Below, one piece after another: positions 6,965 through 17,103 of a stretch of DNA of 64,000 nt. The DNA is taken from positions 205,323 to 269,322 of the IMG/VR virus record IMGVR_UViG_3300013426_000014; one strand, given 5' to 3'. A model generated the notes under the pieces. That model was not told the origin of the DNA. It did no database searches and was given only the letters and a program-made list of their open reading frames with translations. Each line of letters starts with the position of its first letter. Position 1 is the stretch's first letter. This DNA is from a virus (lineage: Duplodnaviria > Caudoviricetes). The position numbers were made by a program, and so were the translations under genes.

Positions 6965-8791
6965 ATGGAAAAGATAAATGATAACGTGATGAAATCGACA
7001 TATATCTATATAGCGACGACCGATCAGTTGCGTAAGCAGCGTAAGCAGAACGTGTTTAAGGTCGGATACGCAGATGACGTCGAGCGAAGGATGAAAGAGC
7101 TGCGCGGATATGCGAGTTCCAGGAATGACAGGTGGTACGCCATGCATGTGTATGAGGTCGTCAAAAATCCCGGAAAGAATCCGGATCACGAGTTTCATGT
7201 ATGGTATGAGATAAAGCATGGTGTCAAACTTATGACCGATGACGAGATCCGCGCGGTCATTGGGTTGGGGCAAAACGACAAGATAAGTGAGAAGGAATTA
7301 TACCGCGGCATATCGACAGACAGTGACGTTTCTGTCACAGAACTTGACAGTAAGGTACGGGAATTCCTCCGCATCGGCAAAACAAGTAAGACCGTCAGGA
7401 CGAACTGGTGCATCCCGGCGAGCAGGACCCCGCGTGAGATCGCGGACATGATGGTTGATAAACTGACGGCGATCAATCCGAGATTTTTTGATTTCGATTC
7501 CAATAAGAATCTGAAAGTTTGCGATTTCGCGTGCAAGGACACATCGTTCGTGAACGCGCTGTTGGACGCGATGTTCACTTATAATAACGGAATGTCAATG
7601 TCGAAGTCTAAAGCGAAATCACTTATAGAAGATATCCTGTCTGAACATATTTTCGCGTATTGCCTTGATTCTGAACGTGAAAACATTATGAATGGAGTAA
7701 AACGACATATAACGAGTAATCCAGACATATATAAAAAGATGGACGGAAACAAACTGAACGATAAAATATTCCGAAATTTCACAGTAGAATATATGGAAGA
7801 ATATAACAGAGATACGATGGACAGCAAACTGGATATGTTGAGTGGCGGTGGAAGAAGGTTCGACGCGGTTGTAATGAACCCGCCGTACAGTACGACCGGC
7901 GGCGGCAATCTTCACCTTGATTTCACGAAAGCCGCGCTCGAGATAGCGGACAATGTCGTGTCACTGTTTCCGTTCAGCTTTATCAAAAGGACAAGCAAGC
8001 AGTATGAGAAATACAATGTCGCATTCGACGACAGATTGTTGTCAGTGGAGGAGATTTCATCGAAAATGTTCTCAGGGACGAACATGCAGAACGTCGGCAT
8101 ATACAATTTCGTGCCGTATAACGACAGTGTGATAACTGTGACCGATTTGACAGGTTCGACGAAAACAGTAAGGTCTTTGTCAGAGTCGGATGTCGTCAAA
8201 GAAGAGTCTGAACTTTTCGACGCGATGAAATCGGTCGGTCATATAAATCATGTCGCGCTATTACGTGATGGCCGAAACATAAGGAAAATGAATCCAAATT
8301 TATCTGCCGCCGATGCGCAAATAATCAAATGTAATGAATTAGCAGCCAAACAATCCAGTAAATTCGACAATAAAAAGGTTTGTCTTGTCGCTTCCGCAAT
8401 AAGCGGAACGAATACTAAATTTAACGGCAAAATAATATCACAAAGTTCTGGACAAATTTGTGATACAGTTGAATCGTTGAATGATGCGCTTGTACATATG
8501 ACCGCGCATAATTATTGCGGGCTATTCGTTAATTCGGTAAAGGCTGCGAAACAGCTCAAACAGTCGTGTCAGGGAAATCTTATTCGTTTTTTGATTTACC
8601 GGTCACAAAAAGATAGACGTATAACGGCAAGGACGCTTGATTCGATTCCCAACATCGACTGGTCAGATTCGAAGGCGAAGACAGATCAGGGAATACTTGA
8701 ACTTTGCGGCATGACACCGGACCGCGCGAGATATTGGGCGGAATACTGCGCCGACAAGATTTATCAGGTTGATCACGGCAAACTGGTGTAA
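6965..8791 (+). CDS. GIY-YIG/T5orf172-like domain fused to an N6-adenine DNA methyltransferase
   Basis: YIY...KVGY...VERRMKEL; FDAVVMNPPY; degenerate motif I DFACKDTSF. Confidence 0.75.
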   Translation: MEKINDNVMKSTYIYIATTDQLRKQRKQNVFKVGYADDVERRMKELRGYASSRNDRWYAMHVYEVVKNPGKNPDHEFHVWYEIKHGVKLMTDDEIRAVIGLGQNDKISEKELYRGISTDSDVSVTELDSKVREFLRIGKTSKTVRTNWCIPASRTPREIADMMVDKLTAINPRFFDFDSNKNLKVCDFACKDTSFVNALLDAMFTYNNGMSMSKSKAKSLIEDILSEHIFAYCLDSERENIMNGVKRHITSNPDIYKKMDGNKLNDKIFRNFTVEYMEEYNRDTMDSKLDMLSGGGRRFDAVVMNPPYSTTGGGNLHLDFTKAALEIADNVVSLFPFSFIKRTSKQYEKYNVAFDDRLLSVEEISSKMFSGTNMQNVGIYNFVPYNDSVITVTDLTGSTKTVRSLSESDVVKEESELFDAMKSVGHINHVALLRDGRNIRKMNPNLSAADAQIIKCNELAAKQSSKFDNKKVCLVASAISGTNTKFNGKIISQSSGQICDTVESLNDALVHMTAHNYCGLFVNSVKAAKQLKQSCQGNLIRFLIYRSQKDRRITARTLDSIPNIDWSDSKAKTDQGILELCGMTPDRARYWAEYCADKIYQVDHGKLV

Positions 8792-8793
8792 TT

Positions 8794-9267
8794 ATGGAAT
8801 CCATGAAATCATACGGCAATTATTCTCGCGTCTCGAACATTTCGATCCCGCCATATTGCGCGGCCGCGCGGGAATATGACACGGCGATATGCTATCATCT
8901 GAGATACATGAACTATATCGCGCATCCGAATTATTTTAACCGCGGAACCGGATCAAAGATATGCCGTGTCTGCCCGCACTGTGTCGGCAGATATTCGGTT
9001 TACCCTAAAATTGTGCACGGTTTCTTGTGGAGTATAATGCGCCGGTCGGAATCATATTCTGTTCATGTAGAAGATCAGCTTGCCAATATTGACGATTACG
9101 TGTCGTATACCCGTTACGCGTCGTATCTTGCCGGGCTAACGGATGATACATATTATGACTGCAACAGTATCACATATTCATTCCATATTGTCAGACTGTA
9201 TATAAACAAGTGGCACGCTGGCAGACATGCCGAATATGATGTAAATGACATAAACAGTACAGACTAA
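8794..9267 (+). CDS. PxWC-family Cys-rich protein
   Basis: PPYC...C...CPHC..RY. Confidence 0.6.
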   Translation: MESMKSYGNYSRVSNISIPPYCAAAREYDTAICYHLRYMNYIAHPNYFNRGTGSKICRVCPHCVGRYSVYPKIVHGFLWSIMRRSESYSVHVEDQLANIDDYVSYTRYASYLAGLTDDTYYDCNSITYSFHIVRLYINKWHAGRHAEYDVNDINSTD

Positions 9268-9524
9268 TGACAGTTAATTTACAAACGCCGATACGTGATT
9301 TCACACAAGGTCCGGCGCCGGGACAAAATATGCTTGATTTTAAGCGAGACCTGACACCGGCGCAAAAGTACATGCTTACGAGAATAAATGTCATGTCGGC
9401 GGTCAAGATGTATATGATGTATCATCTTGATCTCAAACTACCAGTGAAGAGAATGACGCCTCCTGTCGATATTAATGACACGTTCGATCCATTCCATCCG
9501 TTCCATATGATTTCTTTGAAATAA
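9267..9524 (+). CDS. Hypothetical protein
   Basis: ORF coupled to the upstream stop (TAATG). Confidence 0.5.
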   Translation: MTVNLQTPIRDFTQGPAPGQNMLDFKRDLTPAQKYMLTRINVMSAVKMYMMYHLDLKLPVKRMTPPVDINDTFDPFHPFHMISLK

Positions 9525-9556
9525 TGCGTCAGTGAGCGATATATAATATATGAAAC

Positions 9557-9629
9557 GGTCGTATGGTTGAATGGTAACAATGCCGGCTTGTCACGCCGCG
9601 CGGTCCGGGTTCGAATCCCGGTATGACCG
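9557..9629 (+). tRNA. tRNA-Asp(GTC)
   Basis: CGGC-TTGTCAC-GCCG; G73. Confidence 0.9.
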
Positions 9630-9794
9630 CAAATAAAATAATAACATGTCCAGGGATCAGTGGGACGGCAAGCGCGGGTCGGCGTGTCTGTAAGGTGCAC
9701 ACTTAGTAACGGCCTTATGGTGTGTGAAGTCCCGGGTTATAGATGTCCGGAAGATCAGATACCCTATGAAACCGTCCGGACATGTTTTTTGTAT

Positions 9795-10580
9795 ATGTCT
9801 TTTTCGGTCAATGAATATATCAGGTCCGGCGGACGTTCACTTGACGCGGGGATTCGCGCGGGCAGGCGGTATTCCGTGCTTGAGTCGTTTTACCCGCGGG
9901 GAATTGTGCCGGCGGATGTACGGAACAGGTTTGGCGCCGATCCACGGTTCGATTTTATCAATGAGAATCTGAACACGCATGATTATAATATCATGATGAA
10001 GGCGGTGGAGCGGTATCTCGGTGATCATCTTGACGGATGAAATCCGCTGTTCGGAAAAGACAGGGAGCTTGACATGATAGAGCTGCGGTTTCCGTCGTTC
10101 ATCATGTCGGAAATATATGAGGACGACCCCGGGCTTAGGGATATACTTGACTTTTATGGGTATTACGTCACCCATATTGAGGATAATGTCATTCAGGTCG
10201 AGCCGAAATATTCCAGGAATATGAGTTCATACATATACGGCGAATGCCGTGGGATTGTGTTCCATATGACAGATGTCAATAATATTCCATCAATAATGCG
10301 GAATGGGCTGAGAACGAAAACGGCGAGGTATCGTATTTTTCCGCGGCGTGTGTATGTGTTCGCCGATCCAGATATCATGGATGTTAATGACGATATATTC
10401 GCTGAATACGCGCCGGAATTGATGGAGCGTCCAGAGAATTTGTCCGTCCTTAAGCTTGACGTCCGCGGGATGGGTGTCGATTTTTATCAAGATCTCGCGA
10501 TGGACAGGGACGGTGTGTTCTTCACGTATACGAATTTGCCAGCGGCGTGTATTGTCGGATGCAGTCGCGTGTTGAAATAA
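9795..10580 (+). CDS. Tpt1/KptA-like ADP-ribosyltransferase-fold protein (TGA 10038=Trp)
   Basis: Two ORFs in frame across one TGA; FHMT..NIPSIMRNGL, RVYVF and LPAACI motifs. Confidence 0.65.
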
Positions 10581-10608
10581 AATATATCAGAATCATATAT
10601 AATTTAAT

Positions 10609-10803
10609 ATGGATAATAATCTTAGGAAATTCGGATGGATCGCGTTTGTAATGGTATCAGTCCTGCTGTTGGTGATCACGTCTTCCGGCGTGTGGAACGC
10701 GGTTGCGCTTAAGTCAGTTGATCCTTTTTATGGATGGATTGCCGGAGCGAATTTCATTGTTTCTGCATTTTTTATCTGGAGATATTTCAAAGACAAACTG
10801 TAG
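10609..10803 (+). CDS. Small two-TM membrane protein
   Basis: Two hydrophobic segments. Confidence 0.65.
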   Translation: MDNNLRKFGWIAFVMVSVLLLVITSSGVWNAVALKSVDPFYGWIAGANFIVSAFFIWRYFKDKL

Positions 10804-10835
10804 TCAATACAGTAAAAAACAAAATATTGTGTGTT

Positions 10836-10997
10836 ATGAAGAAATTCATTTCATTCATTCTCGCCGCCGCGATGCTGGTTTGCGTCATGTCATGCGGTAA
10901 TAACAAAAAGGCGGATGTCACGGATCAGGACAATGTGACTGTAATCGCGTCCTCTGCTGATTCGACCGCCACGGCGGATTCGGTAGTAGTTGAATAA
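10836..10997 (+). CDS. Small lipoprotein
   Basis: MKK-hydrophobic-VMSC lipobox. Confidence 0.7.
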   Translation: MKKFISFILAAAMLVCVMSCGNNKKADVTDQDNVTVIASSADSTATADSVVVE

Positions 10998-11035
10998 TTT
11001 TTACCGGCATAACGGGTGTTTACCCGTTTTTTTAA

Positions 11036-11106
11036 GGCTCTGTAGTTAAACGGTATAATCTCTGTTTTGTACTCAGATGTTGTCGGTTCGATTCCGGCCG
11101 GAGCCT
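11036..11106 (+). tRNA. tRNA-Thr(TGT)
   Basis: TCTGT-TTTGTAC-TCAGA; GGTTCGATT. Confidence 0.85.
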
Positions 11107-11129
11107 CTAAATTTATTATTCAGACAGAA

Positions 11130-11402
11130 ATGAAACAACGTATTATCGCGATTCTGCTCGCTTTGTTCCTTGGCACATTGGGCGTGCATGCGTTTTATCT
11201 TAACGATAAGAAACATGGTCAGACGCTGCTTATACTGACATTGGTCGGATGGTTCACGTCATTCCTTCTTATCGGGTTCATCCCGCTTGTTGTGACAGCG
11301 GTATGGGCATTTGTTGATTTCGTCAAACTGTGTCTTATGTCCGACCGGGAGTTTGAACGCAAGTATACCTGTCCGGAAGAAATTATCGACATATCAGAAT
11401 AG
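11130..11402 (+). CDS. TM2-domain membrane protein
   Basis: LALFLGTLGVHAFYL motif. Confidence 0.85.
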   Translation: MKQRIIAILLALFLGTLGVHAFYLNDKKHGQTLLILTLVGWFTSFLLIGFIPLVVTAVWAFVDFVKLCLMSDREFERKYTCPEEIIDISE

Positions 11403-11467
11403 ACATATTAGAATAATTTCTTTCGTCTCGATATATAATATATGAAACGGGTTATAAGACCCGAAAT

Positions 11468-11540
11468 GCCACTTTAGCTCAGTCGGTAGAGCAGCGCATT
11501 CGTAACGCGCAGGTCGTCAGTTCGAACCTGATGAGTGGCT
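11468..11540 (+). tRNA. tRNA-Thr(CGT)
   Basis: GCGCA-TTCGTAA-CGCGC. Confidence 0.93.
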
Positions 11541-11552
11541 CAGAGAGTTGAT

Positions 11553-11626
11553 GGGCGTGTGGGATGAGCGGTTTAGTCCACGGTCTGCAAAACCGTTTGA
11601 CGCCGGTTCGAATCCGGCCTCGCCCT
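11553..11626 (+). tRNA. tRNA-Cys(GCA)
   Basis: ACGGT-CTGCAAA-ACCGT; U73. Confidence 0.93.
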
Positions 11627-11755
11627 CGGATTTGGATATTTAATGTGATATATACAATACACATAGATTTAATAGATTTAAGTTTTTGATTACACCTCTT
11701 TTTTGGTCCCGGATTTGTTGTGAAATAAGTTCGGGACATTTTATATATAATAATC

Positions 11756-12190
11756 ATGGATAACACACGGTTTGAACATTATTATGAGAAAGTTGACGAG
11801 GAACGCGACATGCGACGTATCGGATTCGTTCTCACATTGTATTATGCCAGGCGGTTCGAGATAGTGACGTCGAACATCCGGACCGCGATGAAGGATTTCG
11901 ACACGGTGTTCCGTCCGTCTGCAGAGCCGACAGTAAAGAAGTATAAGATGCTGTCAACATATTCAACGCGAAACGCGCATAATGTCGATGAGAACGGAAA
12001 GTCAATATTGTGTAAAGGCATAAGAAATTCGCTGCTGAAAAATGATTATATAAACGTCATTGATCTTGACCGCCGTATAACCGGAAAAAAATATGCTGTG
12101 GAACAGTTTTCTGTCGGTTATATACGTTTATTGTCGTCGATTTCAGAACAGCAAGGATGTATAATGAAGCATTGCAGGATTATCAGGTAA
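11756..12190 (+). CDS. Hypothetical protein
   Basis: ORF after ATATATAAT motif. Confidence 0.65.
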   Translation: MDNTRFEHYYEKVDEERDMRRIGFVLTLYYARRFEIVTSNIRTAMKDFDTVFRPSAEPTVKKYKMLSTYSTRNAHNVDENGKSILCKGIRNSLLKNDYINVIDLDRRITGKKYAVEQFSVGYIRLLSSISEQQGCIMKHCRIIR

Positions 12191-12287
12191 TAATTTTTTG
12201 AAAATATTTTTCTGTTACGGAAAAAACTCTTATATTCGCATTGTCATTCTTGATGACATATTGTTTAACCTTTTAATTTACAAAGTT

Positions 12288-12692
12288 ATGGCTAAATTGA
12301 AGAAGAATCAGTTCCAGAGCGATCTGATGCGTAATTACAAACAGCTGCGTGATTCCAAGGCGCAGGCCGTCGTCACGAACTGTGAGAAGGTCTACCGCCG
12401 TAAGATCGAGGATCTCGTCGAGAGGTGCCGTCAGGTCGAGATGGACAGACAGGATATCATCAACGAGCTTGTTCCGTCCGGGTTGGGTCAAACCAATGTC
12501 GTGCCATCGGACTTTTCCGCTGAGTCACTCTACCAGAAGGACATTGAGATGGGCAAGGTTGAGCGACGCGCGAAAATCGAGCTCGAGGTCGCATGCGACC
12601 GTTATCAGAAGCTGTTCGGCCCGTTGAAGGAAGCTGAGTCGATCAAAGAGATCCTTCCTGATCTCACGGTTTACGAGTTCGAGGAGGAATAA
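12288..12692 (+). CDS. Hypothetical helical protein coupled to the VWA gene
   Basis: TAATG overlap; promoter at 12231. Confidence 0.75.
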   Translation: MAKLKKNQFQSDLMRNYKQLRDSKAQAVVTNCEKVYRRKIEDLVERCRQVEMDRQDIINELVPSGLGQTNVVPSDFSAESLYQKDIEMGKVERRAKIELEVACDRYQKLFGPLKEAESIKEILPDLTVYEFEEE

Positions 12693-13597
12693 TGGGTTGC
12701 GGCACATATAGCTCCGCCGCACGGGAGATCCGTGCGGCGGAGAATGGTTATCGCGACAAATCCGCACGTGAGATATTCACGGAGCGGTCATTGAATTCAG
12801 AGATGTCGCCGTACGGGCTTGACGTCAGGGAGTCTCGCGATTCAGCGGAACATCCGGATTCGTTCCCGATCATCATCGCGCTTGACGTCACCGGATCGAT
12901 GGGCTCAATCCCCACGTATCTTGTCAAGAGGGGATTGCCCGCCATCATGGACAAGATCATAAAGTCCGGCATTAAGGATCCACAGGTTCTTTTCCTTGGC
13001 ATCGGTGATCATGAGTGGGACGATGCGCCGCTGCAGGTCGGACAGTTCGAATCGTCTGACGAACTTCTCGATCACTGGCTCACGAAAGTATACATCGAAG
13101 GGGGCGGCGGCGGTAATGACGGTGAGTCATACCTGCTCGCGTGGGATGTCGCTGCGAGGCATACGTCGACCGACGCGTGGGAAAAACGCAAAAAGAAAGG
13201 ATTGTGCGTCACAATTGGTGACGAGAAGACCCTTGAAACCGTACCGCTTTCCGATATGAAGAGATTATACGGTCCGGATTGCGCCGGTCAGTCCGCGGGT
13301 GACGCGAACATGTTGTTTGTGGCGGCGTCTGAAAAATGGGAATGCTTTCATATCAACCTGACATCCACATATTCCGGAAAACGCCCTTCCGTTCAGTCGT
13401 TCTGGAAGCAGCTATGCGGTGATCATTGCGTTATCGTTGACGACAAGGAGAAAGTCGCGGATGTGATTGCGGATCTCGCCATAAAGACATACGGTGAAGT
13501 CAAGCCTGAAACTGTCGGGCTGGATGACGATGATAATTTCACGATCAAGCCGGCGGGCACAAAGCGGGCCGTTCCGGATGACGACTGGGACGATTAA
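12692..13597 (+). CDS. VWA-domain protein
   Basis: MIDAS-like DVTGSMG; GGGGNDGESY; TIGDE. Confidence 0.88.
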   Translation: MGCGTYSSAAREIRAAENGYRDKSAREIFTERSLNSEMSPYGLDVRESRDSAEHPDSFPIIIALDVTGSMGSIPTYLVKRGLPAIMDKIIKSGIKDPQVLFLGIGDHEWDDAPLQVGQFESSDELLDHWLTKVYIEGGGGGNDGESYLLAWDVAARHTSTDAWEKRKKKGLCVTIGDEKTLETVPLSDMKRLYGPDCAGQSAGDANMLFVAASEKWECFHINLTSTYSGKRPSVQSFWKQLCGDHCVIVDDKEKVADVIADLAIKTYGEVKPETVGLDDDDNFTIKPAGTKRAVPDDDWDD

Positions 13598-13868
13598 AAA
13601 TCAGCAACATCAAAATAATTACATAAAAATATGGGATGTATCAATTACGGGACAGCTCCGATTGAGGTCGAGAAGCAGGAACAGGTGAAGTCTGATACCG
13701 AAAACAAAGAGCATCAGAATAACGACGCGGCGGAAGAATCTTAGTTCGGCGCCGGAAGTGAATGATTCAGCGGATCCGTTTTTTACAGGCGGATCCGCGT
13801 TTTTTATTATAAAAATTTCCATATGTGAAAATAAAGCGTTATATTTGTGTTGTTAATTGAATTGGATT

Positions 13869-15368
13869 ATGGTAGAGACAACACATGTAAAAACAAATAT
13901 CGTTATCGGTATGGGATTCGGTGACGAGGGAAAAGGCAGAGTCACCGCATGGCTCGCCGATAAAATGGCGCGGACAACGTCGGCGCCGTACAGAGACAAG
14001 GCGGCGTGTGTCGTCAGGTTTTCCGGCGGGCAGCAGGCGGGACATACCGTCGTGTCGAAACTTGACGGGATGATACCGTACACGTTCGAGTCAGACAAGT
14101 ACAGTCATCAAATCCGTCATGTGTTCTCGACCCTCGGTTCCGGGACGCTTTCGGACTTTAATACGTATGTCTCGAAATACTGCGTGTTCGATCCGCAATG
14201 CGCTGTGAACGAGTTCCGTGCCATCGGGAATGAGATTGAGAACGAGCTGGTCGGAGTCCCGGTCAAGGGTTTTGATATGATCATGCCAGATGACGCCGCT
14301 CATGACATGTGCGGAAAATATTGGATGTATCTTCCGAAATGCGTCATCGACCCCCGCGTCCCGTTGACCACACCGTATGAGGTGTACGCAAACCAACATT
14401 CGGGTGACACCATTTCGGACGGCACGTGCGGGATGGGCGTGTGGGCGACGCGCGTCCGTGAGACGGCGGGTATCTCGATCACCGCCGGCGATATGCGGTA
14501 TCCCGTCGTCTTACGGACCAAACTGAAATCACTCGCCGGCTGGTACCGCAAATCCGGCGTCTTGCCGGCAGATATCGATCTCGAGCTCGACAGATGGCTT
14601 TCCGCCGTCGATTTGATCATCAGGGACAGCAGACATTTTTCAATCGGTCCGCTTCCCGCATGTTCGGACGGATTGATATTCGAAGGGTCACAGGGACTGT
14701 TGCTTGACCAGACGCATGGTTTCGCGCCGAACACGACGCCGTCCGATACCGGACTGTCCAACCTCACCGCGTTCGATAACGATCTTGGTTTCGGTAAACG
14801 TCCGATTAACATGCTCAACGACATATTCTTACGAAACAACGGCGAAGACATGCGCGACATTGTGTTCTCTTCTGACATATATCTCGTCACCCGCGCGTAT
14901 CAGACGCGGCACGGCGCCGGTTTCATGACGAACGAGACGCTGCCGCACAATATCGCGGATGATCCGGACGAGACAAATGTGATGAACGAGTGGCAGAAAG
15001 ATTTCAGAAAATCAATTCTTGACGTCGATCTGCTCAATTACGCGCTCGACCGCCACATGATATGCGAGACGGTGAACGGCACGAAGTCGAGACTTCATCT
15101 CGTTGTGACATGTGTCGATCATGTGCGTGACGCGTTGTGCTTCACTGAGAACGGGAAGATGCGGCAGTTTTCTGACACAGACGAGTTCATCGCGGAAATC
15201 GGATCGGCGCTGTTTGACCACAGGACGATCACCAGTGAGGTAAAGCTGCATTATAGCGATTCGCCGTCCGGCCAGATAAAGGATGCGATGTCGAAACAGG
15301 AATATATGCGCCGTAACTACGTGAGATATGCGAGCACATATGATTCGAATTGCGTCGCGATAGGTTAA
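13869..15368 (+). CDS. Divergent adenylosuccinate synthetase (PurA)-like protein
   Basis: GFGDEGKG, RFSGGQQAGHT, FEGSQG, TRAYQTRHGAG. Confidence 0.88.
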   Translation: MVETTHVKTNIVIGMGFGDEGKGRVTAWLADKMARTTSAPYRDKAACVVRFSGGQQAGHTVVSKLDGMIPYTFESDKYSHQIRHVFSTLGSGTLSDFNTYVSKYCVFDPQCAVNEFRAIGNEIENELVGVPVKGFDMIMPDDAAHDMCGKYWMYLPKCVIDPRVPLTTPYEVYANQHSGDTISDGTCGMGVWATRVRETAGISITAGDMRYPVVLRTKLKSLAGWYRKSGVLPADIDLELDRWLSAVDLIIRDSRHFSIGPLPACSDGLIFEGSQGLLLDQTHGFAPNTTPSDTGLSNLTAFDNDLGFGKRPINMLNDIFLRNNGEDMRDIVFSSDIYLVTRAYQTRHGAGFMTNETLPHNIADDPDETNVMNEWQKDFRKSILDVDLLNYALDRHMICETVNGTKSRLHLVVTCVDHVRDALCFTENGKMRQFSDTDEFIAEIGSALFDHRTITSEVKLHYSDSPSGQIKDAMSKQEYMRRNYVRYASTYDSNCVAIG

Positions 15369-15393
15369 ACAATCAAAATAAAATCATAGGGTC

Positions 15394-16029
15394 ATGGAGA
15401 TATTGACAGATTTTGATTATACATTCGAGAGCGGTGACAGACTGTTCTTTACTTCAGACACGCATTTCGGGCATGAACGGATAATACAATACTGCAATCG
15501 TCCGTTCAGGGACGCGGTTGAAATGAACGAGGCGCTGATCCGGAACTGGAACGCCGTCGTGCCGTCGGACGGAATTGTGTTTCATCTTGGCGACTTCGCG
15601 ATGGGGATGGATCAGGACAGAATCGCCGGGATCATATCACGGCTCAACGGGACGGTGTATCTTGTTGCCGGGAATCATGACAGGCATTCACTTTCCCCAT
15701 CGGTGCAGGACATGTTCAAGGATGTCATATATCAGACATTGATTAAGGTCGGCAGGAAAAAGCTGTTGCTCTCGCATTTTCCGCTGCTGTGCTACACGGG
15801 TCAGGACAAGGGAGTCGACGATACAGTCATCCAGCTGTACGGGCATGTTCACTCTGGCCCGTCGTCAGACGGCTCTGATTCTGAACGGGTCAGGATGTGC
15901 TGTTTCCCGGGGCAGTATGACGTCGGCGTCGACAATAATAGTTACGCGCCGGTGTCTTACGCGGATGTTATCGGCAAAGTCATCCCGGCGCTGGAGAAAC
16001 ATGACAGACATAAAAGAAAGGATTTATAA
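15394..16029 (+). CDS. Calcineurin-like metallophosphoesterase
   Basis: SDTHF, HLGDF, GNHD, GHVH. Confidence 0.9.
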   Translation: MEILTDFDYTFESGDRLFFTSDTHFGHERIIQYCNRPFRDAVEMNEALIRNWNAVVPSDGIVFHLGDFAMGMDQDRIAGIISRLNGTVYLVAGNHDRHSLSPSVQDMFKDVIYQTLIKVGRKKLLLSHFPLLCYTGQDKGVDDTVIQLYGHVHSGPSSDGSDSERVRMCCFPGQYDVGVDNNSYAPVSYADVIGKVIPALEKHDRHKRKDL

Positions 16030-16347
16030 ATGGAGAATAAGGAAAGAAAAATCATCCGGTACGAAGTGACATGGCCGGCAGGGATGAATCCGTCATACAG
16101 GATGACGTTCCCACCGGATCAGTTCAAGGACAGGCTCGCCGCCGGTTTTGTTGTCGATTTTCAGCGGACGCTTAACTCGATGCGGAAAGGCGGGAAGACT
16201 GTCACGATCAATCTCAGTGACTGTGATGTTTACCGGGTTGAACGCACAGTGACAGTGACTAAATCAAAGGTCGACATCCCCAATATGGAGGAAAGGTTTA
16301 TTGACAGGGACATCAGAGACAACGACGACACATTGCTGACAGATTAA
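16030..16347 (+). CDS. Hypothetical protein
   Basis: ORF abutting the upstream gene. Confidence 0.65.
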   Translation: MENKERKIIRYEVTWPAGMNPSYRMTFPPDQFKDRLAAGFVVDFQRTLNSMRKGGKTVTINLSDCDVYRVERTVTVTKSKVDIPNMEERFIDRDIRDNDDTLLTD

Positions 16348-16364
16348 TTCAATTCAAAATTACA

Positions 16365-16817
16365 ATGGAAGAGATTCATAATGAAATCAAAGACGCGAGA
16401 CCGGTGAAGCAGGTCATCGTGTTCAGGAAGGATTTGCTCAAGGGGCAGGACGCGATAAGGAAAGGGAAGTTCGCCGGTCAGGTCGCGCACGCGTCGACGG
16501 CCGCGCTGCTGTCGTGTTTCCGTAAAAGGGAGGCCGGCGGCATGTGCTGTTATGACGTCGAGTTCAAGAAAGGAACGTATCTTGACACATGGCTGAACGG
16601 TATATTCACGAAGGTTGTTGTATCTGTGCCGGACGACGACACGTTGAGGGACCTGTACAATCAGATCCAGATGGACGCACCGGAGATTCCTGTGGCGCTT
16701 ATAACGGATTGCGGTCGGACGGAGTTTCACGACATGCCGACGAATACCTGTATCGGGATTGGCCCGTATTACGCGGATGAAATCGACAAGTTCACCGCTG
16801 GTCTGCCGTTGTTGTAA
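16365..16817 (+). CDS. pth2: Peptidyl-tRNA hydrolase, Pth2 family
   Basis: KQVIVFRKDL, GKFAGQVAHA, DCGRTEF, TCIGIGP. Confidence 0.92.
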   Translation: MEEIHNEIKDARPVKQVIVFRKDLLKGQDAIRKGKFAGQVAHASTAALLSCFRKREAGGMCCYDVEFKKGTYLDTWLNGIFTKVVVSVPDDDTLRDLYNQIQMDAPEIPVALITDCGRTEFHDMPTNTCIGIGPYYADEIDKFTAGLPLL

Positions 16818-16933
16818 TATAGGATTCGTTTATTTGACCCGTGACGAACGTCTGGACAAAAGATGCAGTATTTATCGGTTTTATATGAATAATCGTCCAG
16901 GGGACGATATATAATATATAGAATTGATATTAA

Positions 16934-17022
16934 GGAAAGTTACCCAAGTCGGTGAAGGGGACGGTTTGCTAAACCGTTAGGTCGCGTCAAGCGGCGCGGG
17001 AGTTCGAGCCTCCCACTTTCCG
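16934..17022 (+). tRNA. tRNA-Ser(GCT)
   Basis: ACGGT-TTGCTAA-ACCGT; long variable arm. Confidence 0.95.
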
Positions 17023-17030
17023 CGCATTAT

Positions 17031-17102
17031 GTTCCTGTGGCGCAATGGAAGCGCATTTCGGTCCTAACGAAAGGGTTGCGTGTTCGAGTCACGCCAGGAA
17101 TA
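17031..17102 (+). tRNA. tRNA-Arg(CCT)
   Basis: TTTCG-GTCCTAA-CGAAA. Confidence 0.88.
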
Positions 17103-17103
17103 C

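Noticed and set aside
9745-9784. Hammerhead ribozyme
   Set aside because: GAAAC is present but the core reads CGGAAGA rather than CTGANGA, and the stems do not fit
13869-15368. PurZ (Z-genome pathway)
   Set aside because: Has the Asp-containing GDEGKG of PurA, not the Ser variant of PurZ
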